NCBI GenBank assembly: GCA_030603385.1
Contig: JAUVXW010000015.1
Span: forward strand, 1-64,000
Length of the DNA: 64,000 bases
Reading direction: 5' to 3'
Origin: Promethearchaeota archaeon
GTDB taxonomy: Archaea; Asgardarchaeota; Lokiarchaeia; Sigyniarchaeales; SOKP01
Every line of letters begins with the position of its first letter. The stretch's first letter is position 1. The position numbers and the translations under genes are program-made. The notes beneath the pieces were generated by a model. It saw only the letters and a list, made by a program, of their open reading frames with translations. It ran no database searches and was not told the origin of the DNA. Positions 40,456 through 50,960 of this stretch are shown here, one piece after another.

Positions 40456-42090
40456 TTAATAAATGTGGTGAACAGGAATAGGTATGTAAAAAGGACTCCA
40501 ATTTAATAATCCTTTTGCGTTAATGTTTTCCTCATATTCATTTTCAACTCTCCTTATTTCATATTCCAAGGAATTGCCTTTATTAACTTGACTCGCCACT
40601 CTTACATAACCTTTACTAAGATACGTTAGGTCATTAAGCTCATTATGAACAACGGGCTCAGTTGTTAATACAGCAAATAAAGGGAAGAACCTTTTATGAT
40701 ATCCTGAGTGTCCCTTAGGACAGTGATCTAAACCCTTTATGTTTGGAATTATGCACCCCTCATCACAAAAATGAAGTGTAAAGCCTCTTTTATTATTTAA
40801 TTCATGTTCAGCAACCTTTCCAACTACAATTATTGGTCTAACGTCACCGTTTTTTATTAATTCGTATTCTAGAACACTTTGCTTTTTCTTTAAGTGAATA
40901 TAATCATTAATATTGGGACCATTTTGAACTATTTCTTTAAATCTATCTTGTACTTTTAAGAGGCCTGAAATACATATAGCACCTGATCCATAAGATCCAA
41001 AATAAATAGTATCATTGACGTGAGTATGATTTTCGAGAAGGTAGATAATCTGTGCCCAAACACTAGCATTATACATGTTTCCAAAATGCATAGGAACTCG
41101 TAATTGAGGTAAAACTCTCGCTTTTACATTGGTATTCAACCAATTTGAAAGTCTTTCTAAGTTCGCTGATGAAAATCCTCTTTCATTAAGCTTTAAATAT
41201 AGATATTCTGGCAAAACAGTAACATCATGTAAGAATGAATCAATTTTCTTTAGAATTGATGATCTAAATTGATTACGCTCAAATTTAGGTAAGTCGCTAA
41301 TATGCTTTATCCACCGTTTTAATATGATTTGTTGCATAATTTTTAATGGCAATTTAGTATATGGGGCGTGAAATGAGTAAAAATCAGCGTGAATGTCTCC
41401 GATGTTGCTAATTAGATCGTCGTAAGCTTTTAATTGAAAGTCAATGTAAGTGGCTTGAGAATATTTCCCAAAGGCTCTTGCATTTTTCTCATTTGCAGGC
41501 CTAAAAAAGTCATTTACGTTCCCAGATATTTTGCCGAATTTCTGACTAAAGACTGCGACCCTAGGGTTTTTTGAGATAACAAATCCGATTGCGCCTGAAC
41601 CTTGTGTAGGTTCGCCGGGGGAGCCTATATGATATGAAGAAATGTCCGCGCTAATGATAAGTGCTTTATTTATTATTTCTTTTTCAATCATTGCGATAGC
41701 GTTAATAATAGCTAGCGTACCACCAGCACACGCGTTGTATGTATCCATAGTAAAACTGTTGGGCGATATCCCTAACATTTCAGCAAAAATATTAGAAATG
41801 CTTTTAGCTGCATACACTTCTGTCTCCGTCCCGACGAACAATGCATCTATGCTCTTAGGAGGTATGTTTCCTCTTTGCAAAGCATTATACCCTGCCTTAA
41901 GACCTAAAGACATTACATCCTCATCCACATCAACAACTCTCATCTCTTTAGACAAAAGCCCTTTAGCATATTTTGCGGGATCTATACCTCTTTCCACGGC
42001 AAGTTCCTCGAGCTTTACGAAATGCCTCGGAGCGTGAAAACTAAAACTGTCGATGCCAATATTTGTAAACAGATGATCGTCAGAAAGCAT
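40456..42090 (-). CDS. HMG-CoA synthase with a C-terminal DUF35-like (zinc ribbon/OB) extension
   Basis: GTETE, NACAGGT, GEPTQGSGA, DFFRP, FHAPY, GNMYNAS, SYGSG; extra ~140 aa containing CDEGC..P..HCPKGH..EIRRV..G..W. Confidence 0.85.
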   Translation of the reverse strand: MLSDDHLFTNIGIDSFSFHAPRHFVKLEELAVERGIDPAKYAKGLLSKEMRVVDVDEDVMSLGLKAGYNALQRGNIPPKSIDALFVGTETEVYAAKSISNIFAEMLGISPNSFTMDTYNACAGGTLAIINAIAMIEKEIINKALIISADISSYHIGSPGEPTQGSGAIGFVISKNPRVAVFSQKFGKISGNVNDFFRPANEKNARAFGKYSQATYIDFQLKAYDDLISNIGDIHADFYSFHAPYTKLPLKIMQQIILKRWIKHISDLPKFERNQFRSSILKKIDSFLHDVTVLPEYLYLKLNERGFSSANLERLSNWLNTNVKARVLPQLRVPMHFGNMYNASVWAQIIYLLENHTHVNDTIYFGSYGSGAICISGLLKVQDRFKEIVQNGPNINDYIHLKKKQSVLEYELIKNGDVRPIIVVGKVAEHELNNKRGFTLHFCDEGCIIPNIKGLDHCPKGHSGYHKRFFPLFAVLTTEPVVHNELNDLTYLSKGYVRVASQVNKGNSLEYEIRRVENEYEENINAKGLLNWSPFYIPIPVHHIY

Positions 42091-42495
42091 GATTTGTATC
42101 TCGAGAAATATAAAATATTTTAAAATTTGATCAGTTAAATCTTTTTTTATTTATTTAATTAAATGTTTTAGTTAAATTCTCTATTTAAACGTTGACCATT
42201 GAAACATATTTTCAACAATTCAAACTCTTAAAAGTGTTAAAACTTATGTAAACGATAAAAATCATCGGAAATGATTTGATATTTTCTTCCTAAAACAATC
42301 TTTAAGTATTATAGTCGTAACGAAAGAGCCTATTAAAATACAGATCAGCAATATTTCATATCCATATTGACAGGAATTTTGTTTTAAATGTAGAGAAGGC
42401 TTAGCATTAGAAATAATGATAGGTAAAACCATTTAGATAAATTTAATACCCTTAATGATATTATTAATATCAATTAACCTTTTCAAATTGTTTAG

Positions 42496-43233
42496 ATGGT
42501 ATCTACTCTAGAAGAACTAAAGGAAACAGCTAAAGATAAGCTACCCAAACATGTTGGTTTAATAATCGATGGAAATCGCAGATGGGCTAAAAATAGAAAT
42601 CTTGAGATTAATTTTGGCCATTTAGTTGGATATGAAAACCTTAAAAAAAGGTTATTTGATTTTTTTGAAGCAGGAATCCATTATCTAAGCTTATATATCT
42701 TATCCCTTGAAAATTTAAGAAAGAGAAGTGCTGAAGAGCTTGAATACATTTATAAAATAATGATTAAAGCAGTAGATGCAGTAGTAAATGAATCAATTGT
42801 TAAGGATGATAAAGTGAGATTTGATATTGTAGGCAGATTGTCCTTGCTTCCTCCTACCGCTAAGGAGAAAATCCAGCAATTAATAAATTTTACTAAGGAT
42901 CACGATCAAAATTTCATAAACCTCTGTATAATGTATGATGGTCATGAAGAAATTGTAGATGCTGTAAAGAAAATAATTAATGATGGAATAAAACCAGAAA
43001 AAATCGATGCTAAATTGATAAAAGATTATTTATATACCAGGGATTTTCCTGCATTAGATTATATTATAAGAACAGGAATGAACGATGGGGCTAGAATTTC
43101 TGGATTTTTACTTTGGGACTCTTCTTACGCTGAGTTCAAATTTAGAAACGACTTATGGCCGGATTATAATAAAGAGATGGTAATTCAGGACTTACTTGAT
43201 TATACAAAAAGAAGTAGGCGCATGGGAAAATAA
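42496..43233 (+). CDS. uppS: cis-prenyltransferase (undecaprenyl/polyprenyl diphosphate synthase)
   Basis: PKHVGLIIDGNRRWA, GH..G, SLEN..R, DYIIRTG...RISGFLLW, RRMGK. Confidence 0.95.
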   Translation: MVSTLEELKETAKDKLPKHVGLIIDGNRRWAKNRNLEINFGHLVGYENLKKRLFDFFEAGIHYLSLYILSLENLRKRSAEELEYIYKIMIKAVDAVVNESIVKDDKVRFDIVGRLSLLPPTAKEKIQQLINFTKDHDQNFINLCIMYDGHEEIVDAVKKIINDGIKPEKIDAKLIKDYLYTRDFPALDYIIRTGMNDGARISGFLLWDSSYAEFKFRNDLWPDYNKEMVIQDLLDYTKRSRRMGK

Positions 43234-43345
43234 ATTAGCACTAGCTTATTTTACTCTTAATCCTTTTTATATGAGATTAAACCTAAAAATAAATATCAGA
43301 AGAATCATTCATTATTAAAAGAGACTTTATTTTTTTGTTTATAAT

Positions 43346-45118
43346 ATGTCAAATTCAGCCACCATTATCTCATTAAATATCACAAAATTTCCACAGAATC
43401 TTTTAATTCCTGATATGGATAATGATGTTTCACTTCAAGTAATTAACAATTCAGATAAAAAAGAAAATTTTAAATTTGTTTTTGAAGGAGAAAACTTAGA
43501 TATTAATTTGAAATCACCAGAATTAAAAGATCAAATTGAATTTGCACCAAAGGAAACCAAAAATATCGATATAAGGTTAAACCCAACCGTAGGTGGTTTC
43601 GGAAAATTAACCATAAATGCATATTGGCTAAAAATTGTAGAATATACAGTTAAAGTGCAGAAAGTTAGAGAAATAGCACCAAAAAGTAAATTTCATAAGA
43701 TTTTCGATAACTATAGGTTTAAGGGTGCAGAAAAGATTGATACGATGAATCCAAAAGAGTTCTTCCTAACTACAACATTAACCGAATTGCAGAAAATCGA
43801 AGAACAATTAGAGACAATGAGAAATAATTATAAATCAACATTATCCTTAGAATCAACCAGTACAGAAGCATTTAAAAGGATTACAATTGATGTTATTGAT
43901 AAAACTATAAGACAATTGGCTAAAGGATATCTTTCGAATAAAAATTTACATGTATCTTTAAGTTTAGCTTTAGAATTATCAGATCCAAATGAACAGCTCA
44001 AATTCTATGTTAATTTAATAAGAGCTTATGCAATAGAAAATCTAAGCGAAGCACTTCAGATCATTAAAAACTTGAATGATTTAAACCTGCAACAAAATCT
44101 ATTAAAATCAGTAGTTTTTGATCAAATAGCTGTTAATCCAATTCAAGCCTTCAATTTGACGGAAAATATTACAAACTTATCTGAAAAAATTAAACTATTA
44201 TTTAACATCACACAAGAGTTATATAATAACAATAAATCATCTGAATTGCTTACTGTTCTTAAAAGGATCATTGAGGTTCTCTTTAAATCACCCGAAATCA
44301 ATAGTGAAGATAAAAAAGACCAAAAGCTTATTTATGATCCTCTTAAGGATGCAATAAATGGAATAGCTGAAATTGAAAGTCCTGGAGCTGCCAATACTAT
44401 TATTGAAGGAATAAGTAATATAACGCTTAAGGAAAGAATAGCAAAAGATCTATTTGACATAATTTATGAACTTGTGGATGAGATAAGAACAAAAATAGAT
44501 TCCGAATTAATATTTTCTCAATATTTTCTACTTAATACTTATATTTCAAATATAAATAATGAAATTAAAAGTTTTAGCAGTATTGGTGGAAATGTAAGTA
44601 ATAATATTCTTTCAGGAGATTTCAATTTTAAATTAGTCTTTCTATCTCTTTTTAGTTTTAATTTTAGCATTTTTCCATTTATCGATCGTGTATATAATGA
44701 CTTAAAATTTAATCTGAAAAAATCAATTGCATATTACATATTCCCTTCTGTCAATTATTTCCAGGATAATGAGTTAACAGTTCTTCAGAGGACATTAAAC
44801 CAATTTTTTAATAATTTTGCGAATGTACCGAGCCAGTTACTTATATTTAATTTAGATTTTATTCCCTATTTAGGAAAACCAACTGTTATTTTGTCATCCG
44901 AATCCCAATTAAATAATAATTTAAAATCTAAAATAGAAAAACTTGGAGATACTGTTAATTTAATTATTGATGATTCGATGTTTAAAGGTGGCAAGATTTA
45001 TGACAATCTAAAGAGTATAATTCCACCAAATAGATGTGAGATTTTTAACTTAATTTTATCATATGAATTCATAAACGATTACAACGCGTTTATAGCATTT
45101 ATCCAATCATTATTCTAA
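43346..45118 (+). CDS. Hypothetical protein (beta-rich N-terminus, helical-repeat middle, alpha/beta C-terminus)
   Basis: 590-aa ORF; repeats of the type A..L...I.D...K.KL. in the middle. Confidence 0.75.
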   Translation: MSNSATIISLNITKFPQNLLIPDMDNDVSLQVINNSDKKENFKFVFEGENLDINLKSPELKDQIEFAPKETKNIDIRLNPTVGGFGKLTINAYWLKIVEYTVKVQKVREIAPKSKFHKIFDNYRFKGAEKIDTMNPKEFFLTTTLTELQKIEEQLETMRNNYKSTLSLESTSTEAFKRITIDVIDKTIRQLAKGYLSNKNLHVSLSLALELSDPNEQLKFYVNLIRAYAIENLSEALQIIKNLNDLNLQQNLLKSVVFDQIAVNPIQAFNLTENITNLSEKIKLLFNITQELYNNNKSSELLTVLKRIIEVLFKSPEINSEDKKDQKLIYDPLKDAINGIAEIESPGAANTIIEGISNITLKERIAKDLFDIIYELVDEIRTKIDSELIFSQYFLLNTYISNINNEIKSFSSIGGNVSNNILSGDFNFKLVFLSLFSFNFSIFPFIDRVYNDLKFNLKKSIAYYIFPSVNYFQDNELTVLQRTLNQFFNNFANVPSQLLIFNLDFIPYLGKPTVILSSESQLNNNLKSKIEKLGDTVNLIIDDSMFKGGKIYDNLKSIIPPNRCEIFNLILSYEFINDYNAFIAFIQSLF

Positions 45119-45201
45119 AAAATTAGTAATCAACCAAAATTATATAATGACAATTTATTATTTAGATAATATAATAGTGGAAAAACAGGGGTAAAGCCTT
45201 A

Positions 45202-46869
45202 ATGGCGAAAGATAAGAAAAAGAAAGAAAAAAAAAAGAAGAAACCAAAACAAGAAAGTAGTACTTTTTCTCAATTAATAACTCAAAAAGGAAAGGGAAAA
45301 GCAGGAGCTCCTATAGGTGTGGTATTAGGCCAATCTATTGATAGAAGTGCTGATAAACTGTTTCTGGGAACGGATTATAAAGAGGTACATATACCTGAAA
45401 GACCTTGGGCTGAAATGTTAGCTGACATCGAGCATTGGACTCCACTACCTTACACACATGGTATAGAAATGGAATTAATCTTAGCAGATGACAATGGAAA
45501 TTATCCACCTGGAGATGAAATGGTTTTTCGGATGAAAGAAATCGTTAAAGATGCTATTAAAATTATGGATGAAATTCTTTACGATGGAAGAGAAGATTTT
45601 CTACCCGTTCCTGACTATATTAGACAAAAAGTTTTAGCCAGACCATGGGGGCGAGATGACCTTGAGAAGGGTTATGCTATGGATATACGCTATACTTTGG
45701 GAGATACCTCTGTTGATATTGATACTTTTGCTAGAGATGGGAATGTAACCGCAATTACATATATATTGGAGCTCGTAACACCCCCTTGTGTTTATGTTGA
45801 AGAACTAGCATATTGGGCAAGTACTTTATTTTTATTAGCAAAAGTAACTTTGCCAAAAGATTTACATATCATAGCCTCTGCTATAAATCCTGCAACTCGT
45901 GAGTATCAACGAGGTTTGAGTGAGGCAGATCATTCACACATAGGTTCTTTTGAATCTGAGTTAGAGAAAATACAAGCATATTGTATGATACGGAATTTTA
46001 TACCACATATCATCGCTCTCACCTGCAATTCACCTATTTTAAACAATAAACCTACCGATGTAGTAAAAATTATCAATGGGAGGATTACTGCACCTAACTG
46101 TGTTCGCTCTTTAAGATTAAAATTTAATACAACAATGTTAAGCGGAAACAATCCGAAATATTATATCCCCTATTTGACTTCCACAGATCAAAATTCACAG
46201 AATCATTTTCTCCAAACGGTCCAGAAAGCGAGTCTAGAAGACGGACGCTTCCAAGACGTGTTTCCTTTTACAGATTGGGGAACTATTGAAGTTAGGATAA
46301 GTGATGCACAGATATCGATCTGTCGGAGAATAGGAATTGGAATGTTGATTCAGGCATTATGTTATAAAGCTAGAAAATTACTTCAAAATGGAAAATGGGT
46401 GCCCGATGCAGGATCCAATACAATTGCTACTAACCGCCAAAGGGCAATAGAACGTGGTTTAATTTCTCTTTTTCGACCAACTCCGGATGTTAGTCGAGAA
46501 AAGCTAGCTGAATATGATCCCGAATTTGCAGAGCAATATTTAGGACCAAAAGATCAACCAATACGTTATATGATGCAAGCCGTACAGAGAATGTTTTTCT
46601 ATCTTAAAGATGAATTGAAAGAGTTAGGCTTCTTATATTCTCCATTCATGAAACCTCTTCTACAATCTGTTTTTGGAAATGTTTCTTATGCAGAACCACC
46701 AATAACAGAAGCAGAATATCAACTTTCTCTTTATGACTATAAATTAAAAAATGGAGAAGATCCCAGCATATTAAATGATTTAATATATTTTACAATTCAA
46801 TATTGCCAAGATCCTCTAAATAATCCACTTACGGGTGTTTTAACTCTTCCAAAAGAAATGAGAGATTAA
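45202..46869 (+). CDS. Glutamate-cysteine ligase family 2 (GCS2/YbdK-like) carboxylate-amine ligase
   Basis: HGIEMELILAD, ILELVTPPC, HSHIG, PHIIALTCNSP, GTIEVRISDAQ. Confidence 0.8.
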   Translation: MAKDKKKKEKKKKKPKQESSTFSQLITQKGKGKAGAPIGVVLGQSIDRSADKLFLGTDYKEVHIPERPWAEMLADIEHWTPLPYTHGIEMELILADDNGNYPPGDEMVFRMKEIVKDAIKIMDEILYDGREDFLPVPDYIRQKVLARPWGRDDLEKGYAMDIRYTLGDTSVDIDTFARDGNVTAITYILELVTPPCVYVEELAYWASTLFLLAKVTLPKDLHIIASAINPATREYQRGLSEADHSHIGSFESELEKIQAYCMIRNFIPHIIALTCNSPILNNKPTDVVKIINGRITAPNCVRSLRLKFNTTMLSGNNPKYYIPYLTSTDQNSQNHFLQTVQKASLEDGRFQDVFPFTDWGTIEVRISDAQISICRRIGIGMLIQALCYKARKLLQNGKWVPDAGSNTIATNRQRAIERGLISLFRPTPDVSREKLAEYDPEFAEQYLGPKDQPIRYMMQAVQRMFFYLKDELKELGFLYSPFMKPLLQSVFGNVSYAEPPITEAEYQLSLYDYKLKNGEDPSILNDLIYFTIQYCQDPLNNPLTGVLTLPKEMRD

Positions 46870-46995
46870 TCTTCATTATTTATAGTTTTTAACTCTTCTA
46901 AGAGTTAAAGTTTTTGATTTATTTATAACATATAAAAATTTAAGATAAGAACTATTTTCAACTATTAGAGTAATCGAAATTATAAATCTTGAAAT

Positions 46996-47517
46996 ATGAA
47001 TACTAATTTTACTCAAGGAAAAAGTTGGATCATCTCAGCAATTAGTGATATAAAAATAGTTATAAATAGCCTTCAAAATGAATATTATTCTCTCGTAGCT
47101 TTTAGAAGTCAATTTGCCGTAGAAAAATTAAATAAAGCAATATTAAGTTTTATGGGTTTGAAAGTAGAAAAAACTCATACTCCAACGGATATATTAGAAG
47201 AAGTACTTACTAGCAAGTCTTCTTTGATTATTGATGTAGAAACAAAAAAGTTACTTGAGAAAATTTCAAAATATTCAAAATTTTTTGAAAATGAAGGAGT
47301 TCAAACTAGATATGGGACAATTAAGGATGATAAATTAATTATGGCTGAAGAAATATATCAATCTTTTAAAGATATTACGAATTTCATCATCAATCTTCAA
47401 AAAATTGTTAATTGTTATTTAAAACTTCTTAGGGAGAGCTTGAATATAACAGAAAAAGAATTTAAAGAACTTGAACAATTAGAATTATTATTGGGAGAAT
47501 TAAAGCAATGGATATAA
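46996..47517 (+). CDS. HEPN domain protein
   Basis: W...A..D, F.SQFAVEK..KA.L, KTH, TRYG; overlaps the downstream MNT gene. Confidence 0.85.
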   Translation: MNTNFTQGKSWIISAISDIKIVINSLQNEYYSLVAFRSQFAVEKLNKAILSFMGLKVEKTHTPTDILEEVLTSKSSLIIDVETKKLLEKISKYSKFFENEGVQTRYGTIKDDKLIMAEEIYQSFKDITNFIINLQKIVNCYLKLLRESLNITEKEFKELEQLELLLGELKQWI

Positions 47518-47996
47518 ATTTGAAATTTATAAAAAACGAGTATTTCTTAAAAAAAATAGAAAAATACTTAAATCTTTTATTTCAAATAAATAAAAAAGTA
47601 ATAGGACTAATTTTATTTGGTTCATTAGCGAGAGGAGATGCAACTTATTCAATAGAAAAGAAAAGCGATATTGATTTAATTATAATTTTTAGAGACAATG
47701 AACTCCCTATACATCATAAAAAAAGAAGTGAAATGAAACTTAAATTATTGGAATTAGCACCTTCAGGAGTAGATTCACTCTGGATGACAGAAGGAGAATT
47801 TATAAATTTAGTCAAAATCAAAACCGATATAATCTTATATGCTTTGGATGAGGGGAGAATTTTATATGACCCAGTAGGATTGATAAGAAAACAAAAAGAT
47901 ACTTTATTTAAAGAATTGAAAAAAAAAGGCGTTAAAAAGGAAAGACATTATTGGGCCTGGCCGATAAAAAGTTTTGGGGAAGAAATCGAATGGTAA
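47508..47996 (+). CDS. Minimal nucleotidyltransferase (MNT), partner of HEPN
   Basis: LILFGSLARGD..SDIDLIII; EG.ILYD. Confidence 0.9.
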   Translation: MDINLKFIKNEYFLKKIEKYLNLLFQINKKVIGLILFGSLARGDATYSIEKKSDIDLIIIFRDNELPIHHKKRSEMKLKLLELAPSGVDSLWMTEGEFINLVKIKTDIILYALDEGRILYDPVGLIRKQKDTLFKELKKKGVKKERHYWAWPIKSFGEEIEW

Positions 47997-48117
47997 TAGA
48001 TTTTTAATAAAATTTTTAAGATTTTTTTTAAAATTAAATATAAGTTAATTAGTTAAATGCTAAAATGAATGAGGAAATAAAATATATAAAAAAATTTAAA
48101 AGAATTGAAATAAGAAA

Positions 48118-49665
48118 ATGTTAACATGTACTTTAGAGCAAGATGGAAAAAAGCGAGTAGAACATTTACTTGTAATTGACGCACATTCTCATCTGGGTCA
48201 AGATGTAGATGGTGCTACAATGATGAATCCTTTGGCTCCAGGCGCCGGAACCTTTGATTTTTGGGGGAATGTCCAAGGGAGGATTAAGGCAGATTGGGAA
48301 AAAACCGGTGAACAATCTTTCACTACTTTCATGGATGGAAAAAGTACTAAAATCTCATGGTCTTTTACGCCTTACCCTTTTACGGATAGATTATATATTG
48401 CTTTAGAAAAGCTTGGAAAAAAGCATTCTGATTTGAAAGAGAAATCAAAATTTTATTCAATGATAGATCAAGGAGTATGCTTTCCTTTTCAAGATGTGTT
48501 TCGTGATAAGCATCCAGAAGCGCTATATCGAGCAAGTAATATCAATGTTTCCCGTTTTACAACTAGATTTCCTTTTTCTATGAAACTTATCGGCTATGGT
48601 CGCTGTGATCCGATGGAAGGAGAAAAAGCGGTTAATGAAGTAAGGTACGCTAGAGAAGTATTAGGACTTCGTGGGTTAAAGCTTCATCCACGCTCCGAAG
48701 GATGGATTGATAAAATTAGTTCAGAAAAGGCTATTCAAGTTCTTATAGAAGCAGTTTCATTTTCTATGCCTGTAATTTTTGACACACGAGGAAGAGGTTC
48801 AATATTACAAATTGCTCAATTAATTGAATCAACTAGAAATGTATTAAAGTCAAAATACCCTGATTTACTACCCCATCTTAAAGTGATTATTGCTCATTTT
48901 GCTCAAGGGAATATTGATGATTATGACGTTTATAATGCAATAGTTCAGCCAAACACTTATGGTGATCTTTCAATGTTGCACGGTGCGGGTGCGGGGAACT
49001 TTTTTGAAAGTTTTCGAAGATGGTTTCAATCTAATAACAAAAAGAGTGTAGATAATCGAGATTGGTCAGAATATCTCCTTTATGCTAGTGATTATCCCTA
49101 TTTTGGTGATGTTCATGCTCAAAAATTGATGAAATATATTATTAATAAACAATTTTTTGATACTGGTGGAACCATACAGGATGTAAAAAATATCCTTGGA
49201 TTAAATCAGTTAAAAGTTTTACCGGAATATAGTGTTCCTCAAAATCAAAAAGAATTAAAGAGTCCACCGAGTATAACAGTTTCTAATCCCAATTATAAAC
49301 TAAATAATGAAAGTACTTTTCAAACTATGATAAATTCTTTAGCTAAATTAATCATCGACAATCATATTGATATTAAAAAATTTTGTTTGCAATTTAAAGA
49401 TACTTGGGCAGTGTTTAACGATGATGTATTGTTAACAATCATATCAAATAAAAATAAACAAGAAAGAAACATATTACTGATGAATTTAATTAAAGACCAA
49501 ATTTCAATTTTTGCCCCATTACAATCAAATATGGAATGGAAAAAATTTGGTTATAAATATTTTGACCCTATAGATAGAGCTTTCTTTGCTACTTTGTTTA
49601 AACAGAATTATTTATCTATGGATATAAATAAAACGGTAGAAACTTTTACACATATCTATACTTAA
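48118..49665 (+). CDS. Amidohydrolase-2 family metallohydrolase with a C-terminal extension
   Basis: IDAHSHLG, GLRGLKLHP, IIAHF, LYASDYPYF, ILGLN. Confidence 0.85.
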   Translation: MLTCTLEQDGKKRVEHLLVIDAHSHLGQDVDGATMMNPLAPGAGTFDFWGNVQGRIKADWEKTGEQSFTTFMDGKSTKISWSFTPYPFTDRLYIALEKLGKKHSDLKEKSKFYSMIDQGVCFPFQDVFRDKHPEALYRASNINVSRFTTRFPFSMKLIGYGRCDPMEGEKAVNEVRYAREVLGLRGLKLHPRSEGWIDKISSEKAIQVLIEAVSFSMPVIFDTRGRGSILQIAQLIESTRNVLKSKYPDLLPHLKVIIAHFAQGNIDDYDVYNAIVQPNTYGDLSMLHGAGAGNFFESFRRWFQSNNKKSVDNRDWSEYLLYASDYPYFGDVHAQKLMKYIINKQFFDTGGTIQDVKNILGLNQLKVLPEYSVPQNQKELKSPPSITVSNPNYKLNNESTFQTMINSLAKLIIDNHIDIKKFCLQFKDTWAVFNDDVLLTIISNKNKQERNILLMNLIKDQISIFAPLQSNMEWKKFGYKYFDPIDRAFFATLFKQNYLSMDINKTVETFTHIYT

Positions 49666-49773
49666 ACAGCTTAGTTTACCAACAGAACTATTATATTAGT
49701 TAAAATATAATTTATATATAAGAACTTATAAAAAGATTTTACTTAATTAATTCGCTCCCTAAAGGGATATAAC

Positions 49774-50832
49774 TTGAGAGGAATTGTAATTCTTAATTTA
49801 AGTGAAGGTTCTGAGCCTACTATTGACATTCAATATCCAGAAAATATATGTGATGAACTGCAAATATCAACGTCAGGATTGCTGAGCCTATTTGAACAAC
49901 ATAAAACCGTAAAAACTGGACCTAATTATCTTGAAATGCAAATCAAGAGAAATGTTAGTGTGGCAAGTTTTTTTACGGGTCATAGCAATAGAAGCTTCCT
50001 CGGGAAACCAGAGCATTCTATAACAATCTTCCTCTCTGATGATGATACTCTTCCTAAAACTTTTAAGGGTCAAGTAAGGCGCATAGCTTATGAATTATTA
50101 CCCAAAAGGCAAGAACCAGATTTCTATGATCAATTTGTAAAATATTTTGAACTTTTGAAAAAAGGAGAATTAGATCCATATTATCAACAAATGCTGGAGC
50201 TAACTCAAGATTTAAGTTCTAAAAGAGAAAGGATAGATGATCTCGCACAAAAAGTTTCTTTATTGGTATCTGATAGATCTGATCACCTAAGGAATGTAGA
50301 TGCCCTAAAAGATGAAATAAATGGCCTATATACAAAAATGGACAATTGGTCTGGCCAAATGGCGGAGTTAAATGAATACAATGTAAGTTTGACTATGAAA
50401 ATTAAGGAATTGAACAAATTATCGACTCAACATAAAAATGAGCTAACTCAAAGAGATGCACAAATTACCAATCTAACTACAATATTGAATGAAAAAAGTG
50501 AAATTGAAGAGGGTGCAGAAAAATTACTTGATCAAATAAAAATGATTAAATCTGAAAATCAAAACTTAAGTCAAGAAATCTCAAAGTTAAATGAGACTAA
50601 CAAAAATTTAAAATTTCAAGTTTTAAAAGCAAATCGGGAAAATGAGTCTCACTTAGATACAATTACTAATCTGAAATTAGAAATGAGAGCCATTAGGCAA
50701 CAAATCTCTTCTGAGAATAGCAGTAAAGGCAAAAAAAAAGATGAAATTATTGAAATGAAGAAGGAATTAAAAGTACTCAGAAGAGAAAGAGACCATTATA
50801 AAGAGATCGTTAAAAAGAATAAACTCCTTTAA
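49774..50832 (+). CDS. uDENN/longin-like N-terminal domain plus long coiled coil
   Basis: GIVIL..E...I.IQYPE..VASFFTG resembles the N-terminus of 61829..62956; C-terminal ~210 aa are heptad-rich; TTG start. Confidence 0.7.
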   Translation: MRGIVILNLSEGSEPTIDIQYPENICDELQISTSGLLSLFEQHKTVKTGPNYLEMQIKRNVSVASFFTGHSNRSFLGKPEHSITIFLSDDDTLPKTFKGQVRRIAYELLPKRQEPDFYDQFVKYFELLKKGELDPYYQQMLELTQDLSSKRERIDDLAQKVSLLVSDRSDHLRNVDALKDEINGLYTKMDNWSGQMAELNEYNVSLTMKIKELNKLSTQHKNELTQRDAQITNLTTILNEKSEIEEGAEKLLDQIKMIKSENQNLSQEISKLNETNKNLKFQVLKANRENESHLDTITNLKLEMRAIRQQISSENSSKGKKKDEIIEMKKELKVLRRERDHYKEIVKKNKLL

Positions 50833-50960
50833 TTTGAATTCAACTTTTAAAGAAATTGGTTCATCTTTCTAAGATATGAAAGTTGAGAAAATTATTCTAT
50901 AATATTTAAATGAGAATGTTACGTTGAGTAACATACAATCTATTAAAAAGGTTTGAATCA

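Noticed and set aside
42091-42495. 405-bp intergenic region as a possible ncRNA
   Set aside because: AT-rich with no convincing stem structure; consistent with divergent promoters
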